A stretch of 64,000 nucleotides of DNA from Mustelus asterias. Taxonomy: Eukaryota. The stretch spans positions 12,896,001 through 12,960,000 of the forward strand of contig NC_135808.1 of NCBI RefSeq assembly GCF_964213995.1, given 5' to 3'. The notes under the pieces are model-generated. The model saw only the letters and a program-made list of their open reading frames with translations. It was not told where the DNA came from and ran no database searches. Shown in pieces: positions 1 to 12,052 of the stretch. Positions within the stretch are counted from its first letter, which is position 1. Every line of letters starts with the position of its first letter. Both the position numbers and the translations under genes were made by a program.

Positions 1-708
1 ACTCTGCACAGACAGCGGCCCAAGATGGGAGTTGAACCCAGGTCCTGATGCTGTGAGGCAGCAGTGCCCCCTATTGTGCCTCCCTATTATGCCATCATGC
101 CGTCCATGGTAAATATGTGAGGTTAAGGGGACAGGGGCTGGGTGGGTTGGTTATCGGTGCAGGTTTGATGGGCTGAATGGCCTCCTTCTGCACTGTAGGG
201 ATTCCATAATTCTATGATCAATGCTCCCATCCCCTTTCTCTTGGGCCTTCATAAATGCAAAACATCTTTGAACATTGACGTTTGTGTCAATTCTCAGTGG
301 GATCAGGTTACTCTGCCACAGAAATGGAATTAGGGGAACATTTGCAAGAATTCCTGAGCTTTTGGGGCCAGTAGTGAGGGCCAGAGCAGATCGCAGTGAG
401 ATAGAGACTTATCAACATAGCTGATGGACAACTGTACTCTATATATTAATATGGAGTGAGGTTGTAACGCTGGAGGTCATGAAGCCACAGTTACATGGGG
501 CTACATGTGGACACTCCACATTTAAAAAGTGTTCAATTCCTCAAGACTCAATTTGAATATGAATGCAGAAGGATTAGAATTGTGGAAAATATTTAATATG
601 GGTCTAGCAGAAACATGCACGGCCAGACTGGCAGAGCTTGTAGAAATAAGTAGGATCATTCTTTCTGAAACGACCCTGTCTAATCCTGTTAGAATTGTAT
701 AAGTTTCT

Positions 709-1085
709 GTGAAAGGGGATCTCATAGAAACGTATAAGGCTCTAACAGGACTAGACAGGATAGATTCAGAAAGAATGTTCCTGATGGTGGGGCAATCCAG
801 AAGTAGGGATCATAGTTTGAGGATAAGTGGTAAACCTTTTAGGACTGAGGTGAGGAGAAATTTCTTCACCCAGAGGGTGGTATGTGGAATTCACTACCAC
901 ACAATGTAGTTGAGGCCAAAACATTGTGTGATTTCAAGAAGAGGTTAGATACAGCTCTTGGGGCTAATGGGGATATGGGGGGAGACGTGAGCAGGATATT
1001 GAAGTTGACGATCAGCTATGATCAAAGTTAATGGTGGAGTGGGATTGAAGGGCTGAATGGCCAACTCCTGCTGCTAGTTTCTATG
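709..1085 (+). mobile_element. CR1 LINE 3' fragment (degenerate)
   Basis: Translates to the CR1 ORF2 C-terminus (GDLIETYK..GLDR..FRTEVRRNFFTQRVV), followed by CR1 3' UTR GGGCTGAATGGCC..CTGCT..TTTCTATG. Confidence 0.85.
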
Positions 1086-1527
1086 TCCTTCGCTGAGGAA
1101 CATCAGAGGTAGCTTGACAAGCTTGGAGAATGGGCTAACAAGTGTTAATGCGGGAAGACTGGTCAAAAATAGACAGATTTTTGCAGGAATTGCTGGGGTC
1201 GCAAGATTGAGAATGAGTGGAAATTATTCATTACAGTTGATTCCAATTTCTTCAGAAATGCAATGAGGGTATAAAAGTCGATGGGAGCAGTTCTGAAGGA
1301 ATTTCCAAACTTAGTGGGTCTTTTGCAAAAAAAAAATTTTTTTGATTCCAGTCCGCAAAGCAACAAGTTGATTGAGGTTAAATTCATGGTTTGGCAAAGT
1401 AAGATTGGAGCTCACCCAAATTCTCGGTCTGCAACATATTAAACTGGTATTTGCTGCATTGGAACGTAGTGTATTGTAGAAGTATAATTACCAACTGGGA
1501 ATAAGGAAACAGGAGCACATACAGTAC

Positions 1528-1611
1528 CTTCAAGCCATATCCAATACCCAAGGATGACGACAAGAGGCAAATACTGCACAATTTGGAGTAGATTTTCAAA
1601 TAACTCACAAA
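1528..1611 (-). CDS. Putative exon of the Ig-superfamily gene encoding a second hydrophobic/TM segment (xCELFENLLQIVQYLPLVVILGYWIWLE)
   Basis: Good acceptor ttcttattgttccAG, donor AAG|GTACTG, 84 nt phase 1-1 like the upstream Ig exons; non-repetitive sequence. Confidence 0.45.
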
Positions 1612-1672
1612 CTGGAACAATAAGAAAATTTGTATTAACAGCATTTGAATTAAGAACATTTACATATTCAAA

Positions 1673-2199
1673 TAGCACAGTGGTTAGCACTGCTGCCTCA
1701 CAGTTCCAGGGACCTGAGTTCAATTCCAGCCTTGGGTGAGTGCCTGTGTGAAATTTGCACGTTCTCCCCATGTCTGCGTGGGTTTCCTCCGGGTGCTCCG
1801 GTTTCCTCCCACACTCTAAAAGATGTGCGGGTTAGGTTAATTGGCCATGCTAAAATTGCCCCATAGTGTCAGGGGGATTAGCAGGGTAAAAACATGGGGT
1901 TACGGTGGGCAATAGGGTCAGGGTGGAATTGTGGTCGGTGCAGACTCGACGGGCCAAATGGCCTCCTCCTGCACTGTAGGGATTCTAAAAAAAAGGGTTA
2001 CGGGAATAGGGCCTGTGTGGGATTATTGTCAGTGCAGACTCAATGGGCCGAATGGCCCCCTTCTGCACTGGAGGAATTCTAAGATTCTATGAAATGAATC
2101 ACTCAGGGTTAATGGGGTTATGGGGATATGGGTGGGTTTGTCGTCGCTGCAGACGTGATGGGCTGAATGACCTCTTTCTGCACTGGAGGGATTCTATGA
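1673..2199 (+). mobile_element. V-SINE (HE1-like) with triplicated CR1-derived 3' tail
   Basis: tRNA-derived head TAGCACAGTGGTTAGCACTGCTGCCTCACAG, V core GTGGGTTTCCTCCGGGTGCTCCGGTTTCCTCCCAC; tail TGCAGAC..GGGC..AATG..CC..CTGCACTG..GG..ATTCTA present three times (~1940-1987, 2033-2091, 2148-2199). Confidence 0.85.
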
Positions 2200-2293
2200 T
2201 ATAAAGGAGCACATTTGACATGACACAGGCATCATATTTACATTTTTCACAGAGTCTCCATCATTAAATTGTAAAATTTTTAAAGTTTCAACA

Positions 2294-2423
2294 CCAAACT
2301 CTGCAAAAAGCAAATCTGTCTTTCTTGAGCTGGCCTTCAAGAAGGAAATGATCTTCAAGGCGAAGGCAACAACAGCAGTTATCAGTGCAACGATGGATAA
2401 TGGCATTGCATAAAAATGCAAAT
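2294..2423 (-). CDS. Transmembrane exon of the Ig-superfamily gene (DLHFYAMPLSIVALITAVVAFALKIISFLKASSRK...); 3' boundary uncertain
   Basis: Acceptor ttctctatttcAG with the exon starting at 2423 in phase 1, matching the IgC2 exon donor; hydrophobic helix followed by basic residues. Donor not clearly identified (weak G|GTGTTG candidate). Confidence 0.65.
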
Positions 2424-2652
2424 CTGAAATAGAGAACATAGTTTAAACTTATGCTATTTTGAAAGGGGTTGACAAGCTGGGGTTTCCTCTTCCTTATTAA
2501 TTTGGTTATCAAGGGTCTTGAGTTTTGGAGATACAACTTCTCCCAGTAGGCGTCCAATGTGACTTTCAGGGTCCATCCCCAACCCCTCAAGGTGAGGTTC
2601 CATCCACTTAGACACTGTCTAAAGTACTCTCAACTCTGTCCCGACAATGTTT

Positions 2653-2968
2653 CATAGAATCCCTACAGTGCAGATGGAGGCCATTCAGTCCACCGAACCT
2701 GCACCAACAACATCCCACAGTCTCTATCCCCGTAACCCCATGTATTTACCCTGCTAATTCCCCCCTGACACTAAGGGGCAATTTAGCATGGCCGACCCAT
2801 CTAACCCGCACATCTTTGGAGTGTGGGAGGAAACCAGAGCACCCGGAGGAAACCCATGTAGACACGGGGAGAATGTGCAAACTCCACACAGTCACCCGAG
2901 GGCGGAATTGAACTCGGGTCCCTGGAGGGTGAGGCAGCAGTGTTAACCACTGTGTCACCGTGCTGCCC
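2653..2968 (-). mobile_element. V-SINE (HE1-like), full length, CR1-type tail
   Basis: Reverse complement of GGGCAGCACGGTGACACAGTGGTTAACACTG head through ..CTGCACTGTAGGGATTCTATG tail. Confidence 0.9.
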
Positions 2969-3055
2969 TTCAACTCCAAGATGAGACGAGTGTATCATAC
3001 CGCACCAGTGTTCCAGTTCCCCGATTGTGTGATCTGTCTGTGAAATTAAAATATG

Positions 3056-3140
3056 GGGCGGGATTTTCTGGCTGCACTCGCCGCAAAACTGGCCCCCCGC
3101 TACAATTCCTATGGCGGACAGGACAGGAAAATTGCACCCA
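3056..3140. mobile_element. Short non-autonomous DNA transposon (MITE-like) with GGGC..ATTTT / AAAAT..CCC terminal inverted repeats
   Basis: GGGCGGGATTTT...AAAATTGCACCC. Related GC-rich copies with similar termini at ~3682-3876, 24486-24609, 47755-47878 and 62467-62604. Confidence 0.5.
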
Positions 3141-3353
3141 TGGTTTTCCACTTTGGCATTCCCGGTAAATGGTCAGGAATATATAATCGGGGAAATGAAC
3201 TTGTGATTTTCCATCTTTATCCCCCTCTACCTATCATGAAAACATACAAAGTTCTTCCAATATTAACATCTTTAGTGGGGCAGGGTGTAAGATATATTAG
3301 GTGCTGTATCCTTTTTGACTAATAAATGGAATAGACTGACAGACAAGGCTCAC

Positions 3354-3617
3354 CGTAAATTGCAAGAGGATAGGAAACGTTCTTCTGGCTAACAGGGTTC
3401 TCCACGGTGCAAGTGTAGATTCCGCAGCCTGATAATGTAGCATCTGAAATAATCAACATGCTGTTGCCTTGCACCAACCAATAACGTTCAGCATTTGTGA
3501 TCATTTTCTCATCCTTCTGCCACTGAATGGAACTCGCTTTCCCCGCAGATACCTGACAGGCCAGTTTGATGGCGGTATGCACATAGGTAACATTGATGAA
3601 AGGCTCTGACAGTGGCT
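3354..3617 (-). CDS. Ig C2-type domain exon of a CD2/SLAM/HEPACAM/CEACAM-like receptor
   Basis: Acceptor ttttccctctcccacAG, donor G|GTGAG, 264 nt phase 1-1. Encodes EPLSEPFINVT..IKLACQVSAG..IQWQKD..SMLIISDATLSGCGIYTCTVENPVSQKNVSYPLAIY (C-W-C, YTCxxxNPVS hallmark). Confidence 0.9.
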
Positions 3618-4044
3618 CTGTGGGAGAGGGAAAATGGTCAGATTAACAGGTCTGAACATGAGAACATCGTTGCTGCTCACTGAATTTTCCAACCGTTCTC
3701 ACCAGCGGGGTCTTCCAGTCTCACCGAACGGCGAACCCCTGCCGCAGACTTCCCGGCAGTGGGAGGGATGCATAGAACTGGAAACCCCGGTGGGATTGGA
3801 AGATCCCACCACCAACTAATGGTGGGCTGCCTCTGCGAAACATGTCGCCAGACGGGAGGTGTGTAAAATCCTGCCCGTTATGTTAATATAGTTAACTAAC
3901 AAGAACTCTGTCCTTCACAGGTACGTCATCATCACATCAATGATAACATCAACGCTGAGATGAACTTAAAAAGCCTTCATCTGATCACAAAGGCTGTTCA
4001 ACTCCAAGATTATCTGACACTGCTCCTACTTCAGCCTGGCTTTT

Positions 4045-4373
4045 TTAATTCATTGGTGGGACATGGGTGACACTGGCTGGTCAGCATTTATTGCCCATCC
4101 CTAGTTGCCTGAGGACAGTTGCAAGTCAACCACAGGCTCTGGAATCACATGTAGGTCAGACCAGGTAAGGATGGCAGATTTCCTTCCCTGAAGGGCATTA
4201 GCGAACCAGATGGATTTTTCTGACAATCGAAAATGGCTTCATGGTCATCAGTAGATTCTTAATTCCAGATTTTTAAAATTGAATTCAAATTTCACCATCT
4301 GCTGCGGTGGGATTTGAACCCTGGTCCCCAGAATTAATAATCAAGTGGTAATACCACTAGGCTATTACCTCCC
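4045..4373 (-). mobile_element. tRNA-derived SacSINE1/DeuSINE-like SINE
   Basis: Family motifs GGTTCAAATCCCACC..GCAGATGGTGAAATTTGAATTC, CCTTACCTGGTCTG.CCTACATGTGA.TCCAG and tail GGGCAATAAATGCTG. Other copies ~7365-7727(-), 14530-14860(+), 21575-21905(-), 25090-25300(-), 45174-45500(+), 60930-61290(+). Family name is from recall. Confidence 0.7.
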
Positions 4374-5756
4374 CTTAGCTACTGCTGGAATTCTCACCCA
4401 TCATCCTTCTCACACCCAGACTCCATTATTCTAATGCTCAGTTTGCTGCCTCCGAAGACCACATCCTTCATCTCATCTGAAACTTTGCTGTTCACTTTCT
4501 ATCCTGTACCATCTCTCAGTCACACGTCACCCCTGTCCTCACCGACCTGCATTTGCTCTTGTCCCTCAATATCTTAAACTTAAAATTCTCAGTCTCATGT
4601 TTAAATTTATGTTATCTTATGAATCTTATATTCTTATGTTCTTATGTTAAATGGTTTGGTTCCCGGCTTGGGTCACTGTCTGTGTGGAGTTTGCACGTTC
4701 TCCCCATATCTGTGTGGATTTCCTCCGGGTGCTCCGGTTTCCTCCCACTGTCCAAAGATGTGCAGGTGAGAAACATAGAAGATAGGATCAGGAGGAGGCC
4801 ATTTGGCCCTTCGAGCCTGCTCCGCCATTCGTTACAATCATGGCTGATCATCCCTAATCCTGCCTTCTCCCCATTACCTTTGATCCCATTCGCCCCAAGT
4901 GCTATATCTCGCTGCCTCTTGAATACATTCAATGTTTTCGCATCAACCACTTCAATGTTTTGGCATCAACAACTGAGTTAGGTGGATTTGCCAAGCTAAA
5001 TTGCCCCTTAAGTATCCCAAGATGTGTGGATTAGGGGGATTAGTGGGGCAAATGTGTGGGTTACGGGGATAGGGCTGGGGGATTAGGACTGGATAAGATG
5101 CTCGATTGGAGAGTCGGTGCAGACTCGATGGGCCAAATGGCACTGTAGGGATTCAATGATTTTATGATTTCTTGACTCTCTCCATTTCTGTAAACTCCCT
5201 CAATCCTTCAAACTTTTCCTGACACCCCCCCACCAACATCTCCTCTCCGACCTCTTACACTCCACGATTGATGCTTTCAGCCAGCTATACAAAAAAGTCC
5301 CTCCATTAACTCTCCTTCTGCTGCTCCACCCCTCTGCCACAGAAACATAAATACAGTGCACAGAATGAAGCCATTCAACCATCGTCTCCATGCTGGCCAG
5401 AGAAGAACTATCCATTCTAATATTGCCTTCTAACTCTTAGTCTGCATGGCACACGAGTACATATCTAATTATTTTTAAACTGTGATGATGCTTTCTGCCT
5501 CTATTATCCTTTTATTCTTTCATGGGATCACTGGCTAGGCCAGCATTTATTGCCATCACTACTTTCCCTTGAGAAGGTGCTGGTGAGCTACGTTTTTGAT
5601 TCGCTGCAGTCCTTTTGGTGTAGGTATACCCACAGTGCTGTTAGGGAGGGAGTTCCAGCATTTTGGTCCAGTGACAGTGAAGGATCTCTTAATTCTGAAT
5701 AAAATTGTGACACTGACAAAAGATATCTCAGAAAGGACAGTTTTGCATTTTGTTGC

Positions 5757-6866
5757 ATTTTGCTAAGACAAACCAGGGCAGGACTTACACAATTAATGGT
5801 AGGGGCCTGGGGAGTGTTGTCGAACAGAGAGATGTGGGGGATGCAGGTACATAGTTCCTTAAAAGTGGTGTCACATATAGACAGGGTAGTGAAGAAGGCA
5901 TTTGGCACACTTGCCTTCTTCGGTCAGAGAATTGAGTACGGGAGCTGGGACATTATGTTACAACTGTACAAGACATTGGTAAGGCCACACCTGGAGTGTA
6001 CAATTCTGGTCACCTGCTATAGGAAGGAATATGTTAAACTGGAAAGGGTGCAAAAAAGATTGACAAAGATGTTACCAGGACTGGAAGGTTTGAATTTTCA
6101 GGAGAGGCTGGATAGGCTAAGACTTTTTTTTTACTGGAGCGTAGGAGGATGAGGGGTGACCTTATGGAGTTTTATAAAATCTTAAGGGGCCTAGATAAGG
6201 TGAACAGTCAAGGTCTTTCCACAGGGTAGGGGAGTACAAAATTAGAGGGTAGAGGTTTAAGTTGAGAGGAGAAAGATTTAAAAGGGAAATGAGGGGCAAC
6301 CTTTTGATAGAATCCCTACAGTACAGAAAGAGGCCATTCGGCCCATCGTGTCTGCACCGACCACAATCCCACCCAGGCCCTACCCCCATATCCCTACATA
6401 TTTTACCCACTAATCCCTCTAACCTATGCATCTCAGGACACTAAGGGGCAATTTTAGCATGGCCAATCGACCTAACCCGCACATCTTTGGACTGTGGGAG
6501 GAAACCGGAGCACCCGGAGGAAACCCACGCAGACACGAGGAGAATGTGCAAACTCCACACAGACAGTGACCCAAGCCGGGAATCAAACCCAGGTCCCTGG
6601 AGCTGTGATGCAGCAGTGCTAACCACTGCGCTAGCGTGCCGCCCAGAGGGTAGTGTGTGTATATGGAATGAGCTGCCAGAGGAGGTGGTAGAGGCAGGTA
6701 CAATTGCAACATTTAAAAGACATTTGGTCGGCTACATGGATAGGAAAGGTTTAGAGGGATATGGGCCAAATGCAGGCAAATGGGACTAGTTCAGTTTAGG
6801 AAATCCTTTGGGCCTGGACGGGTTGGGCCGAAGGGCCTGTTTCCGTGCTGTATATCTCTATGACTC
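5757..6866 (+). mobile_element. CR1 LINE 3' fragment interrupted by a minus-strand V-SINE (~6307-6644)
   Basis: ORF2 motifs QVHSSLKV..VVKKAFG..LYKTLVRPHLE..LERVQKR, then WNELPEEVVEAGTIATFKRHL after the SINE; CR1 tail GGGCCGAAGGGCCTGTTTCCGTGCTGTA. Confidence 0.9.
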
Positions 6867-8681
6867 TCATAAATCACATAAAATAAATCAAGCTATATTT
6901 ACAATTCACTTTGGTGGTCAAAATAGGTTCCCCTGCTGTGCTAATGCATTTGTCAGTCTTGGCTCTCAGCCAAGCTTTCATCATGCACAAAGATGGAGAA
7001 TTCTTTCAGTTGAAACAGACGGCCTCTTAGAAATTCTCTCAGAATCTTTCCCAAAGATTTGCTCAACCACCAAATTCAGACTAAAATAAAAACAAAATTT
7101 TGTGGATGCTGCAAATTTGAAATAAAAACAGTTCTATAAACTGAGCAAGTCTGGCAGCATCTGTGGAGCGAGAAACAGATTTAACGTTCCAAGATCAGGC
7201 TGACTGGCCTGTAATTAGTGGGGCTATCCCTTCCTCCTCACTTAACAATACAAAGTTAGCATTCCTCTGGCATCTCCACATCATCACACCTGTAGCCAGA
7301 GAGGACTGAGAAATGATTTGTCAGAGCCTCACTTGCTTTCCTTATACATTTCATCCAGTTTTTTTTTATTTGTTCAGGGGATGTGGGTGTCGCTTCCTGG
7401 ACCAGCATTTATTGCCCATCCCTAACTCTCCTTAAACTAAGTCGCTCGGCCATTTCAGAGGGCAGTTAAGAATTCACCACATTGCTGTGGGTCTGGAATC
7501 ACATGTAGGCCAAACCAGTTAAGGATGGTAGATTTCCTTCCCTCAAGGACATTAGTGACAATTGACAATGGTTTCATGGTCATCAGTAGACTTTTAATTC
7601 CAGATTTGTATTGAATTCAAATTTCACCATCTGTCATGTTGGGATTCGAACCCGGATCCCCAGAACATTACATTGGGTAGCTGGAAAACTAGTCCAGTGA
7701 CAATACTACTTTGCCGCTGCCACCCCTCAAGGATGCTAATCACTTTCCTGCTTCCTCCTTCACTGTGTTCATTCAATTCAATGTTTTGTATTCCTCCTCT
7801 AATTGTAATGACTGATTTGTCCCTCTCTCTTGCAAAACAGACACCAAGGAACAGATTTTTGTTCTTAAGGCAGGCATCACGAGTTGGGAAATTTCACAGC
7901 TCAGCACAGCTACTTCGAGAGAGCCTCCTCCCAATTGTGGGATCATCGCTCTGGGGGAGAATGAGTACGGGAAGAGTTGGGCCCATTGCCCCAGGATAGA
8001 AGTGGTCACAGGGGTCACCGAAGCACAGAGACAGGCTGGATAGAAGGCTCTCTTCAGTTCTCTGGGAGTTTGGCCCAGTAGCTTGCTTATATTTTAAGCC
8101 CTTTAACTCTCACCCTAGCTATGACTGTAACACTACATTCTGAAGCCTCTGTTTTCCTTCTCCCCTATGTATTCTATGAAGGGTATGTTTTGTCTGTATA
8201 GTGCACAAGAAACAACACTTTTCACTGTATACCAATACAGGTGGCAACAATAAATCACATCAAATCAAAATCACCCATCACACCCCCTCACCGCACCCCC
8301 CCCCACCACCCTCACCCGACCCCCCCAAGATCCTTCATACCCTCCATGCCAACTCATATCTCCCCAGCCACCTCGTCCTTGCCCCTCATACCCTCCATGC
8401 CAACCACCCACCTTCCATGGCTCCTCATATTCTCCATTCTAACTCATGTCGCACAGTCAGCCCACATGCCCCTCATGCAGCCCATGCCAGCTCATGCTTC
8501 CTACTCATACCCAAGGCCCCTCATGCCCAACTCAAAGCCCTCCTAAGCTCATTCCCCCACTGGATAAAACCCTGTACAAAACCAATGAACCCTACCAATA
8601 AAACCTACCATTGTTGGAGAAGGTATGCTGTGCACAGCTTGCAAGAAGTCGCCTCGCTCTGGCGCCATCTTGAGAAAAATG

Positions 8682-9072
8682 TAGCTCAATCCATCACACA
8701 AACCAGCCTCCCATCCATTGAATCTGTCTGCACTTCCCGCTGCATCAGCAAAGCAGCCAGCATAATCAAAGACCCCATGCACCCCGGACATACTCTCTTC
8801 CACCTTCTTCCATCGAGAAAAAGATCCAAAAGTCTGAGGTCACATACCAACCGACTCAAGAACAGCTTCTTCCCTGCTGCCATTAGATTTTTGAATGGAC
8901 CTACCTCACACTAAGTTGATCTTTCTCTAAACCCTAGACTGTAACACTACATTCTGCACTCTCTCGTTTCCTTCTCTGTGTACGGTATGCTTTGTCTGTG
9001 TAGCGCGCAAGAGACAACACTTTTCACTGTATACTAATACATGTGACAATAATATATCAAATCAAATCAAAA
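8682..9072 (+). mobile_element. Rex1/Babar-type LINE 3' fragment
   Basis: AQSITQTSLPSIES..SRC..KAASIIKDP.HPGHTLFHLLPS.KR..SLRSHTNRLKNSFFP.AIR.LN C-terminus; tail GTGACAATAAT..(ATCAA)n. Extra tail copies at ~8110-8270(+), 40702-40768(-), 62606-62840(-). Confidence 0.8.
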
Positions 9073-9355
9073 ACAATCATAAGTTTAATTGAAAAAATTG
9101 TTCTGCTACATAACACTTTTAAAAATGTTGTCCAACCAGATCTTTGTACGGCCAAACCTATAATTACTTGGCAATGCCTTATCCTGTATAAATAAACACT
9201 AAAGCCATTGACAAAAGCGATCAAAGATAAAAGAGTTTATCACCATAACTGTTCACCTTCTCCCTAACTGTGTTATCAACACAATTAATCCTTTTATGGG
9301 AGGCTGAGCTGTCAGCTAATTCTCATTAGGAATTGGGAAGGGTTTAAAATAACTT

Positions 9356-9544
9356 TGTAAGAAGTTTAACAACACCAGGTTAAAGTCCAACAGGTTTATT
9401 TGGTAGCAAACGCCACACAAGCTTTCGGAGCCCCAAGCCCCTTCTTCAGGTGAGTGGGAATTCTGTTCACAAACAGGGCTTTAACCTGGTGTTGTTTAAC
9501 TTCTTACTGTGTTTACCCCAGTCCAACGCCGGCATCTCCACACC
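9356..9544 (-). mobile_element. Short Penelope-like element insertion with inverted tail and 13-bp TSD (TTTAAAATAACTT)
   Basis: TSD at 9343-9355 and 9545-9557; PLE terminal repeat GTAAGAAG..AACACCAGGTTAAAGTCCAACAGG; inverted segment ending CCAACGCCGGCATCTCCAC. Confidence 0.85.
9416..9452 (-). ncRNA. Minimal type I hammerhead ribozyme motif (Penelope-associated)
   Basis: Minus strand reads cac-CUGAAGA-aGGGGC-uuggg-GCUCC-GAAA-gc-UU-gug: intact core, stems I and II, and palindromic AGCU stem III. Confidence 0.75.
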
Positions 9545-10092
9545 TTTAAAATAACTTAGCAGGGGTTGGGCACCAGGAGGTAAAATTAGAGAGGAAATCC
9601 AAGGTACTCAAAGATTTAGGAGAGACAGAGATAACACTGAAGAAAGAAATAATAAAGCAGAGTCAGAGTAAGAGGGAATAGAATGCTATATTTTGTTGCA
9701 GCTATGTGAATGCCTGGAGTGTGGTAAATAGGTTGGTGCAGGCACGGCTAGCCAAATGGGAATCTGTCTGATGATAATGCAGACCTGGGTCAAAAAAGGG
9801 CAAGAATGGGTAGCAAATAATCTGGGATACAGCAAAGACCAGAAAGGAGAAAAAGATGGAGAGTTGGCAGTGATGGAGGAGAGAGGGTGTCCCATTGGGA
9901 TTAAGGTCAGTTCATTAGAGTGAAGAAACAGTACAGGTACCAATACACCACTGGACGTACATTATAAAATCACCAAGTCAAGATATAGAGGAAGACATTT
10001 ACAGAAGTGCAAAGAATATTTAGTATAAAACAGGGGCTTGAATGAAGACTAAGATAGCAACAATGTAAAGGGCAAAGTGGTGAAGAGTTTAA

Positions 10093-10390
10093 CTTTTAAG
10101 TTTATTTATTAGTGGCACAAGTAGGTTTACATTAACACTGCAATGAAGTTACTGTGAAAATCCCTAATCGCCACACTCCAGGTACACTGCTCAGGTACAC
10201 TGAGGGAGAATTTAGCATGGCCAATGCATCTAACCAGCACGTCTTTTGCACTGTGGAAGGAAACCGGAGCACCCGGAGGAAACCCACGCAGACACGGGGA
10301 GAACGTGCAAACTCCACACAGATAGTGACCCAAGCTGGGAATCAAACCCGAGTCACTGAGCTGTGAGGCAGCAGTGCTAACCACTGTGCC
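10093..10390 (-). mobile_element. V-SINE with alternative (non-CR1) 3' tail
   Basis: V-SINE head and core plus tail TTCTCCCTCAGTGTACC..GTGTGGCGA.TAGGG.ATTTTCACAGTAACTTCATTGCAGTGTTAATGTAA.CCTACTTGTG.CACTAATAAATAAAC. Same tail at ~13325-13643, 28993-29270, 29889-30150, 30165-30463, 37666-37964, 45618-45915, 49655-49948, 54943-55238, 55335-55576, 61895-62177. Confidence 0.85.
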
Positions 10391-10911
10391 AAGCCCCTGT
10401 TTCTGACATGTGTTCAGGAAATTTTCTTTTATATTAGTTGGTTTCCAGTCCATTGTGGATGGAGACATTGCCTCCTGATCCGTCAGAATCAGAACCATTT
10501 TTCCCCAGAGGTACAATGTTAAAAATGGGTGATTGGTTTGTGAACTCATGTTACTATCCAAAACTTTTGGCTTTTTTGTGTATCTGCTTGGCAGTCCAGG
10601 CACTGGTAAGCTATTTGTCTGAAGGTATTCGTCAGCCAGCAGGTCACTGTCAGAGATTAAACTGCACGGATACGCTAAAAGATGAGCCTAGTGTGATGAT
10701 AGCATATTTACTGTGCTCTCGGTGTTAGTAAACTAGGTGCACAAAACCCAGGTATCACTGCTTCCTCAGCTCCACTGCTCCCTCTGCCTGTCATCCTATC
10801 TGTCTCTGTACTGTCAGGCCACATTTTTACCACAAAATCGAAGGGGGGTTTCTCCACCTCCACAGGATCATTCGGGGGTCAGACAGACCCGGAAAAGAGT
10901 CATAAGGTTGG

Positions 10912-11420
10912 AATCATAAGACCACAAAGTGAGACCATAAGATATAGGAGCAGAATTAGGCCATTTGGCCCATCAAGTCTGTTCCGCCATTCAACCATGC
11001 CTGATAAGTTTCTCAACCACATTCTCCTGCATTTTCCCCGTAACCTTTGATCCCCTTACCAATCAAGAACCTATCTATCTCTGTCTTATATACACTCAGT
11101 GACCCGGCCTTCACAGCCTTCTGTGGTAATGAATTCCACAGATTCACCACCCTCTGGCTGAAGAAATTCCTCTTCATCCCGGTTCTAAAGAGTCATCCCT
11201 TTACTCTGAGGCTGTGCCCTCGGATCCCAGTCTCTCCAACTAATGGGAACATCTTCCCCACATCCACTCTATCCAGACTTTTCAGTATTCTGTCATTTCC
11301 AATGAAATCCACCACCGCCCCCTCCCCCCCCCCCGCCCCTCCCCATCCTTCTAAACTCCATGGGTTACAGACCCAGAGTCCTCAAATGTTCCTCATACGT
11401 CAAGCTCTTCATTCCTGGGA
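10912..11420 (-). mobile_element. CR1 LINE 3' fragment
   Basis: Reverse complement of the CR1 C-terminus (FFSQRVVNLWNSLPQKAVKA) and (CTTATG)n-like tail. Confidence 0.85.
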
Positions 11421-11746
11421 CCCGGAAACCAGAGCTGTGAAGCTGAAACAGGGTGCAAATTTATAAATGTCATAAATGCCAAATCGAGCGTTGTAAAGTT
11501 GAGGTCTGCATGTACTGAGATCAATAGATTTTTTCTGTTGGGTAATAGATGTGGGAGATTAAGTAAGAAAGACAGATAAATTCAGGGGCGAAGCAGATCA
11601 ACCACAATTTAATAGAATAACAGATTAGGCTTGAGGGGTTGACTACAATGTGTGTGTTCCTATTCGTGGTTGTTCTTATGTAATGAACAGTTAATGAGCT
11701 GAAACGTTTGTCATTCCCAAAGTAATAAAGCATTGAAAGCACTTAC

Positions 11747-12052
11747 CTATGAGTTCCAAAATGATACTCCCTTTCCAGACTCCACCTACAGTGATAGTAT
11801 AAACCCCTTGGTCACTGGGTTGTAAATTGTTCAACATCAGAGACCCATTGGATGTAATAAATAATAAACGTGATCTGAAGTTTTTGTTTGGTTCCTCTTG
11901 CGGGAAACCTGGTACATAATCCAAAATAGGAACAGGTTTTCCATCACTGTCAGTGAACTCCCATATAACCTCACTGTTGTTCAGAGCTGCTCCATATTCA
12001 GGGTCCAGTAACACTGAGGAACCAATGGCACCAAACATGTTCTTCCTTCCAT
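11747..12052 (-). CDS. Ig V-set (CD2/SLAM-type, disulfide-less) domain exon
   Basis: Acceptor tttctgttttctgtatatcAG, donor ATAG|GTAAGT, 306 nt phase 1-1. Encodes GAIGSSVLL..EVIWEF..ILDY..FRSRLLFITSNGSLMLNNLQPSDQGVYTITV (W, R, SL, DxGxY, no cysteines). Splices in frame to the IgC2 exon. Confidence 0.9.

Noticed and set aside
8201-8914. 237-aa His/Pro-rich ORF
   Set aside because: Low-complexity C-rich sequence running by chance into a Rex1/Babar LINE fragment.
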